A stretch of 27,030 nt of DNA, from contig JBMZNW010000002.1 of NCBI GenBank assembly GCA_049619915.1, positions 247-27,276 on the forward strand. Direction: 5' to 3'. The translations under genes were made by a program, and so were the position numbers. The stretch is from Gammaproteobacteria bacterium. Lineage in GTDB: Bacteria; Pseudomonadota; Gammaproteobacteria; Eutrophobiales; Eutrophobiaceae. The notes beneath the pieces were generated by a model that searched no databases, was not told the origin of the DNA, and saw only the letters and a list, made by a program, of their open reading frames with translations. This document shows, one piece after another, positions 1 to 9,606 of the stretch (position 1 is the first letter of the stretch; each line of letters opens with the position of its first letter).

Positions 1-115
1 ATTTTATTAATATCTGATTTTTTTTTGAAAAGAAGAGAAATGAAAATATTAATAATGGTTAACCTATATGACTTTATAAGTCTGATATAAGCTAGAGCCA
101 ATTTATCATTGAAGC

Positions 116-1075
116 TCATATTAGGCCTCGTTCTTCTAATTTATTTATTACTTTATCAACAGATATGTTGGAAATATCTTCCGGAACGAAGCTTTGGTCG
201 TTTTTGGCTATTTTTGTTTGTGCCGTTATTACATTTTCTAATTGGCCCAGAGCATGAGTTCTTCTAGCATAAGTTGGTCCGAATAAACCGAAAACAGGAA
301 TGTCAGAGCACGATAAAATATGCATTGGCGCAGAGTCATTCGTTACAGCGAAGGCCGCTTTTTTCCCTAATTGCGCAAGCGCTAGAATACTAAATTGATT
401 TGTTGCATCGATACCAATCTTCAGGCTTAAGTTTTTGTTAATTTCACTATCATCGCTACCGCCTATCCAGACTATCGGGTAGCGTTCATTTAAAATAGAA
501 GCCAGCTCAGAAAAAAAAGGCCATCTCTTTTGCAAGTGCATAGCGCTAGATCCAGCATGTAATAAAACAAAGGATTTGTCGGATAGTTTCTTTTTATTCA
601 ACCATTCTGATACTTCGCTAATAATAGTATTGGTGATTGGAAGAAAGGGGCGTGGATGTGCTTTTTCAATATCTGCACTTTCAAGCATCTGATTTAAGCG
701 GTTAAATGAATGACACTCACCTATATACTTTGTTTTAGGATGCTTATGATAGGGGCATCGAGGATGGTTTCCTACGCGATAAGGGCTAGCTGAAAGGGCA
801 CAATACAGTGTTGTTCTGTCGTTTGATTGTAAATCGTAGATTCGATCAAACTTATTTTGTCTTATCCACAGTATTGGTTTAATTTTTTCTGCTAGGCCTT
901 TTTTACCAAAAGAAACAATATTTAATTTCTCAAAACTTAATAAAATCTTTTCAAAGCCTGAGCTTGTAAGAAAATATATTTCATCATTAGCATGGTGTTT
1001 AATAATTTGTTCTATTATAGATGTTGAGGTAATTATATCTCCTAAAGCACCTAGTTTAATTATTAAAACCTTCAT
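116..1075 (-). CDS. Glycosyltransferase family 9 (ADP-heptose:LPS heptosyltransferase-like)
   Basis: 319 aa; N-terminal KLGALGDII and C-terminal VTNDSAPMHI motifs typical of GT9; LPS cluster context. Confidence 0.85.
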   Translation of the reverse strand: MKVLIIKLGALGDIITSTSIIEQIIKHHANDEIYFLTSSGFEKILLSFEKLNIVSFGKKGLAEKIKPILWIRQNKFDRIYDLQSNDRTTLYCALSASPYRVGNHPRCPYHKHPKTKYIGECHSFNRLNQMLESADIEKAHPRPFLPITNTIISEVSEWLNKKKLSDKSFVLLHAGSSAMHLQKRWPFFSELASILNERYPIVWIGGSDDSEINKNLSLKIGIDATNQFSILALAQLGKKAAFAVTNDSAPMHILSCSDIPVFGLFGPTYARRTHALGQLENVITAQTKIAKNDQSFVPEDISNISVDKVINKLEERGLI

Positions 1076-1085
1076 TGCTTAATAG

Positions 1086-2320
1086 TTAATTATTAGAAGA
1101 TATTTTTTTCATTTCTGAAAAATACAATGTAAGTAATAGCCAAGTCATGCTGGACCATATAGAGCCATAAAATGCCATGTGCGTATTAATAGGAAACATG
1201 GCAACAATAACGGGGATAAAGTATGGAATTAAAGCTTTTTTGTCTCTGGATTTGAGTAATTGAAAATAAAAAATAATGCAAAAGAGTACCCTAGAAAACC
1301 TATTAAACCCGTTTCCGCCAATACTTCGAGAACTAATAAATGAGCCTGTGTTTGTGTTCGTTTATGCCAATAATCTTCTGGTGAAGAGTATTCTGTATAG
1401 ACATGCCTGAAACCTCTTGGGCCAATGCCATTAACAGGGTTGTTTTTAAAAATATTAATTGCCGTAGACCATATAGGAAGCCTATTAGCTGTTGCTTGAT
1501 TTATTAGTTCATAATTGCCACTAAAAAGACCTAATGTGGTTTTGAAGCGTTGATTTGTTGGCTTATGAAAAAAAATCGTTGATGAGAGTAATAATGTTAT
1601 AATTATAGACAATGTTCCAAAAAACATTATTAATAATTTTTTATTATTTGAATAATAAAAACTATAAGAAACAAAGCCAAGACAGGAAAGTGCTAGCATA
1701 ACCCAGGCTGCTCGACGGCCACTTAACAGAAGAATAAAAAACAAAGGTATGATGCTAAGAGTAAGCAGTTTTTTCTTTTCAAAATTATTATAGGCATAGA
1801 AAAAAGTAAAAGTAGAAAGAATCGCGCAGATATGTGAGATGGTATTCCTAGGGTAAAACATTCCTGTTATATGCCATGCTTCATAAGGAAACCCCACTAA
1901 GTTCTTGCCAAAAATGAATTGAATAGTCGCATCTACACACCAGAAAAGAACAATGTAATATATACCTTTAATAATAAAGGTTATTCGCTCCGGTTTTTTA
2001 TTTAGTTCCGCGATAATAAAGATACCGGCAAAGAAAAACCTTAAGTAAGGAAAAACCGTGCGTGCTGAATGTGATTTATTAACAGCATCAGGAAATGAAA
2101 TTAATAAGGGCAGCCAAAGACAAAGAAAAACTAAAGAAAATGTTTTTAATGTTTTGTCCTCTAAAACTATCTTCGGGTCTTTAAAAAGCGTATATGCACC
2201 TAATAAAGCCATTAACCCTATGGGGTAGTTGTACAGGGCCTTGCTAACAAAACCGATAAAAGCCAGTAATATTAAAAGACAAGGCCAATTATTTTTAATA
2301 AATGTTTTTAAATCTGACAT
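1086..2320 (-). pseudogene. waaL: O-antigen ligase family protein (WaaL-like), interrupted by a single-base frameshift near 1229-1275
   Basis: ORF 2320-1229 is a polytopic membrane protein with SGRRAAW, NPVNGIGPRGF and QAHLLVLEVLAETGLIG (Wzy_C/ligase-like). The -1 frame continues LIPYFIPVIVAMFPINTHMAFYGSIWSSMTWLLLTLYFSEMKKISSNN to TAA at 1086-1088, 10 nt before the next gene. One added base gives a 411-aa protein. Real lesion vs assembly error cannot be resolved here. Confidence 0.75.
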
Positions 2321-2332
2321 AGTATGTGTATT

Positions 2333-3247
2333 TCAATATCTGTATCGTTCAACAATAATATTTAGTAGTCCGCATAAATATCCAATTCCATTCGATGCTT
2401 TAATAAGAAATTTATTAAAGTTTTTTTTATGTTCGTAAAAAGGTGAAATTAATAAAGATATTAGCGCACCAATTATTTTACCTATGATTTTAGGCAAGTA
2501 TCTGCCCCATGTAGAAATAAGTGGATGATGCCTTCGGTATCGCATTATTGCATTAATCCCACCAGTAAAGTGACGGTACATTATGTACTTTATTGTTTTT
2601 CTTTCTGGAAATATTGTTTCGAAAACAATAGCGTCATCCATCCATATTGGCGTCATACCTTTTTTTATAGCGCGATCAAAAAAGTCAAAGTCTTCGCCAC
2701 CGATAAAGTCAAAATAACGATCAAACCGTAACCCATGTTCGTCGATTAGTTTCCTTCTAAAAATAACATTGTTTGTTGAAATCGTTCTCGGCGTACTGCC
2801 AGAAGGTCGTTTAGGATTAACTGTAAAAGTATCTGGTGCTACAGATTCATTAATAGGCAATACTGGCGCTGTAACGATATCGCTATTATATATTTTAAAC
2901 CCTTTTTCCATGTTAACTAGCCATTGTTTATGGGGTAGTTCATCGTCATCAATAAATGCAATAAAATCTACATTATGATCTAACGCTTTTTCAAGCAAGC
3001 TATTCCTTACTGCGCTGAGCCCTCGTTCTGCTTCAACGTAATAATAGGAATCAATATCGATATTTTTTATTGCTTTATTAAACCCGATTTCACCAGATCG
3101 TTCACTATCATTGTCGAAAACTATAATTATCGGCGTGTAATTGTCAGGAATAATTAATTGTCCTATAGAAGCAAGACAATTATGTAATAATTCTGGTCGC
3201 TTAAATGTGGCAATGCATATTGCAACAGCTTTTGTTTCTTTATCCAT
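2333..3247 (-). CDS. Glycosyltransferase family 2 (GT-A fold, ExoM-like)
   Basis: 304 aa; ICIATFKRP start, RNSLL, FIDDDE DxD motif, GGEDFDFF. Confidence 0.85.
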   Translation of the reverse strand: MDKETKAVAICIATFKRPELLHNCLASIGQLIIPDNYTPIIIVFDNDSERSGEIGFNKAIKNIDIDSYYYVEAERGLSAVRNSLLEKALDHNVDFIAFIDDDELPHKQWLVNMEKGFKIYNSDIVTAPVLPINESVAPDTFTVNPKRPSGSTPRTISTNNVIFRRKLIDEHGLRFDRYFDFIGGEDFDFFDRAIKKGMTPIWMDDAIVFETIFPERKTIKYIMYRHFTGGINAIMRYRRHHPLISTWGRYLPKIIGKIIGALISLLISPFYEHKKNFNKFLIKASNGIGYLCGLLNIIVERYRY

Positions 3248-3255
3248 TTTGCTTT

Positions 3256-4362
3256 TTATGCGAATGAATTATAAATAGAAATAGTTTTATCAAGCATAGA
3301 CTCCAACGTAAAAGCATTGCCGTCTTTTACTGTTGGCATTGATTCATAAAACTGATTAATGATTGATACAACACTGTCAGCGTCTAAAGGTGTGGCTTTC
3401 CCTTCAGGGAACATTTCGGCAAGCACTTCTTTTGCTCCGCCATGATCATAAGCAACAACTGGGACGCCGAGGCATAAGGCTTCAAGCGCTGTTCTGCCAA
3501 ACGCCTCAGGCGTTGTTGCCAAAGATAAAACAATGTCTGAAACAGACATGACCTCTTTCATGTCAGCTCTTTGGCCTATAAAAGTAAAATGTTTATCCAT
3601 TTTGTTTGAACTAATTATAGACTTTAATTCATCCAGATACTTTTCTTTTCCTTTATCGATTCCGCCAGCAATAACACCGTGTACATTGAGACCGTTATTC
3701 CTAGATTTAGTAATGATATCGATAAAATCGTTATGCCCTTTCCAGCGCGTAATTCGTCCTGGTAAAGTAACAATAAACTTTTCTGAAAGTTGCGGATATT
3801 GTCTCTGCCAGTTGTTTAACCATTCATCCCTTGGTTTAAAGCTATAAGGAAATTTGCTTTTACTAATGCCGCGATGAACAATTTCAATGTTGCTTTTATC
3901 TGTGTCGGGATAGTTATTCACAATATAATCATTAATGTATTGTGAAATCGCAATTATGCGTTCGCCAGAAACCATAATTTTGCTGTAACGATTTACTGTA
4001 TAAGGGCCATGGACAGTGGTGATAAAGTGAGGCCGTTTATTTGCATCCATTTTTTTCCAGGCAAGATAAGCCAACCAGGCTGGTAAACGGGAACGGGCAT
4101 GGATAACATCGATTTTCTGTTCTTCAAATATTTTTCGTAATATGGGGATTAGTCTGATTGCACTGAAAATAGATTTTTTGCCTACCGGTAAATTAATGTG
4201 CTCACTACCTTCAGAAACAAGCTGCGATACCATTTGACCTGGACCAGAAATGACAATAGATCGGTGTCCTCTTTGCACGAGTTCTGCTGCAACCTCAAGT
4301 GTGCCGCGTTCTACGCCGCCACAGTCCAGCTCAGGCAAGATTTGTAATACGGTAGGTTTCAA
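3256..4362 (-). CDS. Glycosyltransferase family 4 (GT-B)
   Basis: 368 aa; LPELDCGGVERGT, HARSRLPAW, EAFGRTALEA (ExFGxxxxE) motifs; TTG start at 4360-4362 with an in-frame TAG just upstream. Confidence 0.9.
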   Translation of the reverse strand: MKPTVLQILPELDCGGVERGTLEVAAELVQRGHRSIVISGPGQMVSQLVSEGSEHINLPVGKKSIFSAIRLIPILRKIFEEQKIDVIHARSRLPAWLAYLAWKKMDANKRPHFITTVHGPYTVNRYSKIMVSGERIIAISQYINDYIVNNYPDTDKSNIEIVHRGISKSKFPYSFKPRDEWLNNWQRQYPQLSEKFIVTLPGRITRWKGHNDFIDIITKSRNNGLNVHGVIAGGIDKGKEKYLDELKSIISSNKMDKHFTFIGQRADMKEVMSVSDIVLSLATTPEAFGRTALEALCLGVPVVAYDHGGAKEVLAEMFPEGKATPLDADSVVSIINQFYESMPTVKDGNAFTLESMLDKTISIYNSFA

Positions 4363-4522
4363 AAAAAGCGCTCGTGGCTAATAAATTAAGAGGCGTATAA
4401 TAACTTATAATTTAATAGCTTACGATGTTGTCAGACTGATATTAAAGCCTTTCTTAAAAACTAGTGTGTTTTGAGCAAGATGGAAAATATAGAGAAGGTA
4501 ATATTATTTCAGCCGGCAGTGT

Positions 4523-5425
4523 TTATGCTAATAACTCTCGTTCTAGTAGCTGTTTTACACAACGATCAGCTTCATTAAACTTGTTTGTTGGCAATAGTAA
4601 TTTATTCGTTTTTTCCCAGCTTGAAAAAGAAGTCAATTGTTTTCTATTAATTAAACTATTAATTGAATTAGAAATACGGTTTTGGGTTTTTTGCTTTACA
4701 TTTAATAAGCCAACAGCAGCGCCAGAAGAAAGAGACTCATAAGCCATTGAAACGCTATCTTCGCTTACCCAGATACTGCCGGATTTAAAAATAAATTCGC
4801 GGAGTTTGTCACTGTCTGTATTTTCATAACTTAATACTTCGATATTATTTAGGTCAGCCAGCAGTGATCGTGTTTTTTCAGGTGTGCGCGGTGAGTCTGC
4901 AATAGTCCAGCGAATATCTGAGCTTTGTTTAATAATTTCTTTTATTTGCCTAACAATTTCTTTTTCATCCCAATAGTAATGCTTAGAGGGGCCGCCTATA
5001 AGGAACAAGCCTGAATCATTTGATTTGTTTTCATTAAATTGAACAGGGTTTATTGCGCCTTTTGTCGTTATGACATTACCTTTATCTTTAACCTGATCGT
5101 GTTCAGGAATAATACACAGATCAAACAAAGACAAGGGCAAACTGGGTTTCATCAAAACTATGGTCTTGCCACCGCGCACTTTTTTTGCAGATAGCATTGT
5201 TAAATGACAGCCATGTCCTGCGCCAATAATTAAATCAGGATCAGGTAATTCCTTTCCTAAGGGAAATTGATTTAGTAAAAAGCTTTTAAAATTAGAAAAG
5301 GCCGGTTCAGCCTTAATATCAAAGGAATTAATATCTTTTATTTTTTTTATTGCATTACATAGGCCGACTGTTTGGGAGTCATGGCCGGCCTTACCGTCTG
5401 TAATGCGCCAAACTGTTAATGCCAT
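4523..5425 (-). CDS. ELM1/GtrOC1 family putative glycosyltransferase
   Basis: 300 aa; DGKAGH start, LIIGAGH, LIGGPSKHY, SPRTP, WVSEDSVSM motifs characteristic of this family; follows ilvE. Confidence 0.8.
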   Translation of the reverse strand: MALTVWRITDGKAGHDSQTVGLCNAIKKIKDINSFDIKAEPAFSNFKSFLLNQFPLGKELPDPDLIIGAGHGCHLTMLSAKKVRGGKTIVLMKPSLPLSLFDLCIIPEHDQVKDKGNVITTKGAINPVQFNENKSNDSGLFLIGGPSKHYYWDEKEIVRQIKEIIKQSSDIRWTIADSPRTPEKTRSLLADLNNIEVLSYENTDSDKLREFIFKSGSIWVSEDSVSMAYESLSSGAAVGLLNVKQKTQNRISNSINSLINRKQLTSFSSWEKTNKLLLPTNKFNEADRCVKQLLERELLA

Positions 5426-5439
5426 GTGCAGGAGAAGAA

Positions 5440-5643
5440 CTATCCCTCAAGAATAAATTCGCTACTACAGTAAGGGCACTTGCCTTTGCCGGTTTCTTCT
5501 ATCGGAATGTAAACCTTCGGGTGTTGGTTCCATAGGCTCATTTTTGGTAAAGGGCAATGCAAAGGTAGCTGATCTTTTGTGATCTTAAAAACCGTTTCCG
5601 TGCTGGTTGATACATCAGCTATTTCTTGTTCGCCGTTACTCAT
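5440..5643 (-). CDS. Zinc-finger (zf-CHCC) domain small protein
   Basis: 67 aa; C-x10-H...CPYC pattern (LPLHCP...WNQHPKVY...CPYC); conserved position downstream of ilvE. Confidence 0.85.
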   Translation of the reverse strand: MSNGEQEIADVSTSTETVFKITKDQLPLHCPLPKMSLWNQHPKVYIPIEETGKGKCPYCSSEFILEG

Positions 5644-5653
5644 AACAACCTCC

Positions 5654-6574
5654 TTAAATATAACTTAACCAGTTTTTATATGGTTCAAGTTTACCTTCAA
5701 CACAATCAAAATACTGTTTTTGTAATTTTTCAGTAATTGGGCCACGTTTGCCTTCGCCAATTTGGCGGTTATCCAGTTCTCGAATCGGTGTGACTTCCGC
5801 AGCGGTGCCGGTAAAAAATGCTTCATCGGCAACCCAAACTTCATCGCGAGTAATGCGTTTTTCTTTAACCTTGATGTTGTTTTCTTCTGCAAACTGCATA
5901 ATGGTTTCGCGGGTAATACCTTCCAGCGCAGAAGTTAAGTCCGGTGTGTATATGACGCCATTACGCACGATAAAAATATTTTCACCACTGCCTTCAGCAA
6001 CATAGCCTTCATTATCAAGTAGCAATGCTTCATCATAACCGTCGGTTAACGCTTCCTGTAAGGCAAGCATTGAATTCATATAATTGCCATTCGCTTTCGC
6101 TTTACACATAGTGATATTGACATGATGGCGCGTATAGGAAGATGTTTTAATTCTTATGCCTTTTTCAAGACCTTCATTGCCAAGATAAGAACCCCATTCC
6201 CATGCCGCGACCATGACATGTACTTTCAGACCATCAGCCCTTAAGCCCATGCCTTCAGAGCCATAAAAACACATTGGCCTGAGGTAAGCGGTTTCGAGTT
6301 CATTATTTTTAACAGTATCAAGACAGGCTTGATTGATCGTGTCTTTATCATAAGGCATTGGCATATTTAAAATATGCGCAGATCGAAACAGTCTATCTGT
6401 ATGTTCATCAAGACGAAAAATCGCCGTGCCTTTTTCAGCCTTATAGGCGCGCACGCCTTCGAATACGCCCATGCCATAATGCAAAGTATGCGTTAATACG
6501 TGTGTTTTTGCCTCTCTCCAGGGAATAAACTCGCCATCAAGCCAGATAACCCCGTCGCGATCTTCCATACTCAT
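5654..6574 (-). CDS. ilvE: Branched-chain amino acid aminotransferase
   Basis: 306 aa; LHYGMGVFEG, PLP-lysine region KAKANGNYMNS, EGSGENIF, FFTGTAAEV. Confidence 0.97.
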   Translation of the reverse strand: MSMEDRDGVIWLDGEFIPWREAKTHVLTHTLHYGMGVFEGVRAYKAEKGTAIFRLDEHTDRLFRSAHILNMPMPYDKDTINQACLDTVKNNELETAYLRPMCFYGSEGMGLRADGLKVHVMVAAWEWGSYLGNEGLEKGIRIKTSSYTRHHVNITMCKAKANGNYMNSMLALQEALTDGYDEALLLDNEGYVAEGSGENIFIVRNGVIYTPDLTSALEGITRETIMQFAEENNIKVKEKRITRDEVWVADEAFFTGTAAEVTPIRELDNRQIGEGKRGPITEKLQKQYFDCVEGKLEPYKNWLSYI

Positions 6575-6737
6575 ACTGTTCTTTTACCGTTATTATTGTT
6601 TAAAACCGGCTAATGTTAATGCGCCTCTCAAACGCAATCAATAAAACTTTGAAAATATTAATTTTATTCTCCCAATCAAGGCTAGAATAGGTTGTAAAAG
6701 TTAACAAAGGCAGGCTATTTAAGCTAAGGTGAAAATA

Positions 6738-7154
6738 ATGATCAAAGAAGTTGACCCGAAACAGGCATACGACCTTTTACAAAACACTGACGATGCGGTG
6801 TTGGTTGATGTTAGAAGCATGATGGAGCATCAATATGTTGGCCACCCGCCTGATGCGCTGCATATAGCGTTAAAAGAGCCGCCAGACTGGGAAACGAACA
6901 GCGATTTTGTCGAAAAATTAGAAACAGCATTGCGACAGCAGTTTCCAGATAAGCAAACTTTGTCAGACCTTCCTTTGTTAATGCTGTGCCGAAGCGGAGC
7001 CAGATCTGCTACAGCAGGAGAAATGTTAATCAATAGTGGTTATACAAATGTATACAATGTGCTTGAAGGTTTTGAGGGAGATAAGGACAAAAATGGGCAT
7101 AGAAGCACTATCAACGGTTGGCGTTTTCATGACCTGCCTTGGGAACAATCTTAG
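6738..7154 (+). CDS. Rhodanese-like domain protein (single-domain sulfurtransferase)
   Basis: VDVRS, active-site loop LCRSGARS, YNVLEGFEG, GWRFHDLPW. ORF track starts at GTG 6729; ATG 6738 preferred because AAGGTG (SD-like) precedes it. Confidence 0.88.
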   Translation: MIKEVDPKQAYDLLQNTDDAVLVDVRSMMEHQYVGHPPDALHIALKEPPDWETNSDFVEKLETALRQQFPDKQTLSDLPLLMLCRSGARSATAGEMLINSGYTNVYNVLEGFEGDKDKNGHRSTINGWRFHDLPWEQS

Positions 7155-7234
7155 TTTTTCGTATAGGCGGCTAAAGTAAGAAGAGCTTGAAAGTTCTGAA
7201 ATAGAAAAAGAACGACAACAGTTTGAAAAAGTTA

Positions 7235-7996
7235 TTATTGATCTGTTTGGCTTTCTTGTAAGTCTTCCCGCTTGTTATTGTAAATTTTCCCAAGGATTAA
7301 ACCGCTTTCAAAAAGCAGCCAGATAGGCACAGCTAATAATATTTGTGAGATAACATCAGGTGGTGTTAATAACATGCCTGCAAAAAATGCTGCTAATATG
7401 ACATAGGCTCTATTGGCTTCCAGTTTTTCCACTTCAACAAAACCAGAGCGCACCAATAAAAATGTCGCGATAGGGATTTCAAATGACACACCAAAGGCAA
7501 AGAACATTTTGATAATAAAATTAAGATAGTCATTAATATCTGTCATGACCTGTATGCCGTCAGGTGCGGTTTGAGTCAGGAAAGCAAATAACACCGGGAA
7601 AACAATATAATAAGCGAATAAAATACCAGCATAAAAAAGTAAGGTACTGCTAATTAACAAAGGTAAGATTAGTTTTTTTTCGTTTTTATATAAGCCCGGC
7701 GTTATAAATGCCCACGCCTGATAAAGGATATAAGGCACAGACAGAAAGACTGCGCAAAAAATAGTTAATTTAAACGGTGCAAAGAAAGGCGATATAACTT
7801 CAGTCGCGATCATGCTGCTACCTTGAGGTAGCTTTGCGATTAAAGGTGATGCTATAAAGCTATAAATATCATTTGCAAACGGTAGCAATACCAGCAGTAG
7901 AACAAATATGCATATAACTGCTTTTAATATGCGAGAACGCAGCTCAATTAAGTGAGAGATTAACGACTGTTCGCTATCGGTGTTTTCTTCAGTCAT
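7235..7996 (-). CDS. tatC: Twin-arginine translocase subunit TatC
   Basis: 253 aa; LISHLIELRSR, FITPGLYKNE, FEIP, LTPPD motifs; six hydrophobic segments. Confidence 0.97.
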   Translation of the reverse strand: MTEENTDSEQSLISHLIELRSRILKAVICIFVLLLVLLPFANDIYSFIASPLIAKLPQGSSMIATEVISPFFAPFKLTIFCAVFLSVPYILYQAWAFITPGLYKNEKKLILPLLISSTLLFYAGILFAYYIVFPVLFAFLTQTAPDGIQVMTDINDYLNFIIKMFFAFGVSFEIPIATFLLVRSGFVEVEKLEANRAYVILAAFFAGMLLTPPDVISQILLAVPIWLLFESGLILGKIYNNKREDLQESQTDQ

Positions 7997-8004
7997 GAAA
8001 AAAA

Positions 8005-8292
8005 TTACTTGTCTTGCGTTTGATCGCCAAGACCTTGCATGCGCTGCTGGACGAATTTATCTGGGGCTTGATTCATTAAATCGCCAACTTTGTTTATGCT
8101 TTCATTAAGGTCGTTAATCTGGTCAAGTTTTAATTCTTTTTCGACTTCGCGTTTGGTGCTTTGGATAAAGCTTCTGACTTTTTTAATAATTCGACCGGCG
8201 TTTTGTGCTAATTCAGGTAAGCGTTCTGGGCCGACAATAAGCAATGCGACCAAAGCAATAATGACCAGTTCCCAGAAACCAATGTCGAACAT
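8005..8292 (-). CDS. tatB: Twin-arginine translocase subunit TatB
   Basis: 95 aa; MFDIGFWEL...GPERLP signature. Confidence 0.95.
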   Translation of the reverse strand: MFDIGFWELVIIALVALLIVGPERLPELAQNAGRIIKKVRSFIQSTKREVEKELKLDQINDLNESINKVGDLMNQAPDKFVQQRMQGLGDQTQDK

Positions 8293-8316
8293 AATGTGTT
8301 TATATTAGATAGAGAA

Positions 8317-8550
8317 TTAACTCTTTTCGGCTTCTTCGTTAGCAGGTTCGACCTGTCCTTCGATAATTTTGCCTTCGACAGGTTTGTCCGCAGCATTATC
8401 CAGTTCTTCTTTATCTGCATCCGTTACGGCGCTGCGAAAACTTTTCACTGCGCTACCTAAATCTCCGCCCATATTGCGTAGTTTTTTAGTGCCGAAAAGT
8501 AAGGCCACGATAAGCAATAGAATTAGTAACTCAGTAACGCCAAAACCCAT
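8317..8550 (-). CDS. tatA: Twin-arginine translocase subunit TatA
   Basis: 77 aa; [16 protein letters not shown] signature; GGAG SD upstream. Confidence 0.95.
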   Translation of the reverse strand: MGFGVTELLILLLIVALLFGTKKLRNMGGDLGSAVKSFRSAVTDADKEELDNAADKPVEGKIIEGQVEPANEEAEKS

Positions 8551-8580
8551 GATAATTTGCTCCAGATGGTGATTAATTTA

Positions 8581-8845
8581 GAGGCTGCTTGCCTTTCATC
8601 TCCGCCTCTGTTGTCGTATGAAAATGCGTTATTCAAGACGCGAGGAATGAGATTTAGTTATTCTAAATGAATGACGAGCAACGAGGAATAGCGGATTTTC
8701 ATACACAACCCAAAGGGCTAGGCCTGTTTTTGCAGCCAGCTTCGTTATCAATCGCTCAAGTAGAACAGCTACATTACGCTCTTTCTGCCTCGCTGGATAC
8801 AAAAACAGTACCTAGCAGTGGCGGATATGAAAGGCAAGCAGCCTC
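8581..8845. repeat. 265-bp MITE/REP-like palindromic element with 26-bp terminal inverted repeats and two internal long hairpins
   Basis: 8581-8606 vs reverse complement of 8820-8845 match 25/26; internal imperfect inverted repeats 8610-8634/8686-8709 and 8717-8740/8792-8816; no credible coding capacity; no target-site duplication seen. Confidence 0.85.
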
Positions 8846-8902
8846 CCTTAGTTGAACCGATTTTGATATTGCTGGCAAGCGTGTTGTCGTAAATCCGGTC
8901 TT

Positions 8903-9223
8903 TTATTTCTTGCGGTTTGCCTTTTCTTCAATACCAGATAAGCCGAAACGACGCTCAAGCTCGTTCAGAATATCTTCTGAATCCAGGCCATGGTGTTTTA
9001 AAAGCACAAGCGTATGAAACCATAAGTCAGCAACTTCGTGAATTATATCTTCTTTTTTGCCGGATTTCGATGCAATTACTGTCTCAGTTGCTTCTTCGCC
9101 AACTTTTTTAAGAATGTTGTCTACGCCTTCATTAAGTAATTTGGCGGTATAAGACTCATCCGGGCTCGCCTGTTTGCGTTGTTCCAGTATGTCGTCGAGC
9201 GCTTTTAATATGTCTTGTTTCAT
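8903..9223 (-). CDS. hisE: Phosphoribosyl-ATP pyrophosphatase
   Basis: 106 aa; SYTAKL, KKVGEEATE, EVADLWFH, RFGLSGIEEKA. Confidence 0.96.
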   Translation of the reverse strand: MKQDILKALDDILEQRKQASPDESYTAKLLNEGVDNILKKVGEEATETVIASKSGKKEDIIHEVADLWFHTLVLLKHHGLDSEDILNELERRFGLSGIEEKANRKK

Positions 9224-9606
9224 TTTTTATATATATCGTCAGGATTTTTTAAAATCTCATCATCTGCTTGCCAGTCTTCGCCGTCCAGCGTGAAATAAAA
9301 GCAGTGATGTCTGCCAGTATGACAAGCAATACCGCCTTGCTGATCTACGGTAATTAGCAACGTGTCAAAATCACAGTCTAGTTGGATTGCTTTCACTATT
9401 TGAAAGTGGCCAGAAGACTCGCCTTTTACCCAAAGCGATTGACGCGAACGCGACCAATATGTTGCTTTTCCTGTTTTCTTCGTCAGTTCAAGAGACTCAC
9501 GATTCATCCATGCGTGCATTAATATCTGACCAGAGCCCTCTTCCTGTACAACAACAGGAACTAGCCCATCAGGATTCCATTTAACTCTATCCAGCCACTT
9601 GCTCAT
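9220..9606 (-). CDS. hisI: Phosphoribosyl-AMP cyclohydrolase
   Basis: 128 aa; [32 protein letters not shown]. Confidence 0.96.
   Translation of the reverse strand: MSKWLDRVKWNPDGLVPVVVQEEGSGQILMHAWMNRESLELTKKTGKATYWSRSRQSLWVKGESSGHFQIVKAIQLDCDFDTLLITVDQQGGIACHTGRHHCFYFTLDGEDWQADDEILKNPDDIYKK

Noticed and set aside
40-90. Short plus-strand ORF MKILIMVNLYDFISLI with a purine-rich upstream sequence, resembling a glycosyltransferase start
   Set aside because: Only 16 codons in very AT-rich DNA, with no continuation in other frames before the GT9 end; likely chance.
511-5348. Several A8/T8 homopolymers in LPS genes (511-518, 1568-1575, 2421-2428, 5341-5348) as phase-variation tracts
   Set aside because: All are in frame and expected by chance at this AT content; no evidence of length variation from one sequence.
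8667-8855. 62-aa ORF from the ORF track
   Set aside because: Lies almost entirely within the palindromic repeat, has no recognisable domain and no SD.
9587-9606. 20-nt hisF/hisI overlap giving HisF a short extra tail (EYNEQVAG)
   Set aside because: HisF is complete up to its usual end (IEVR); a short read-through overlap is common and needs no special explanation.
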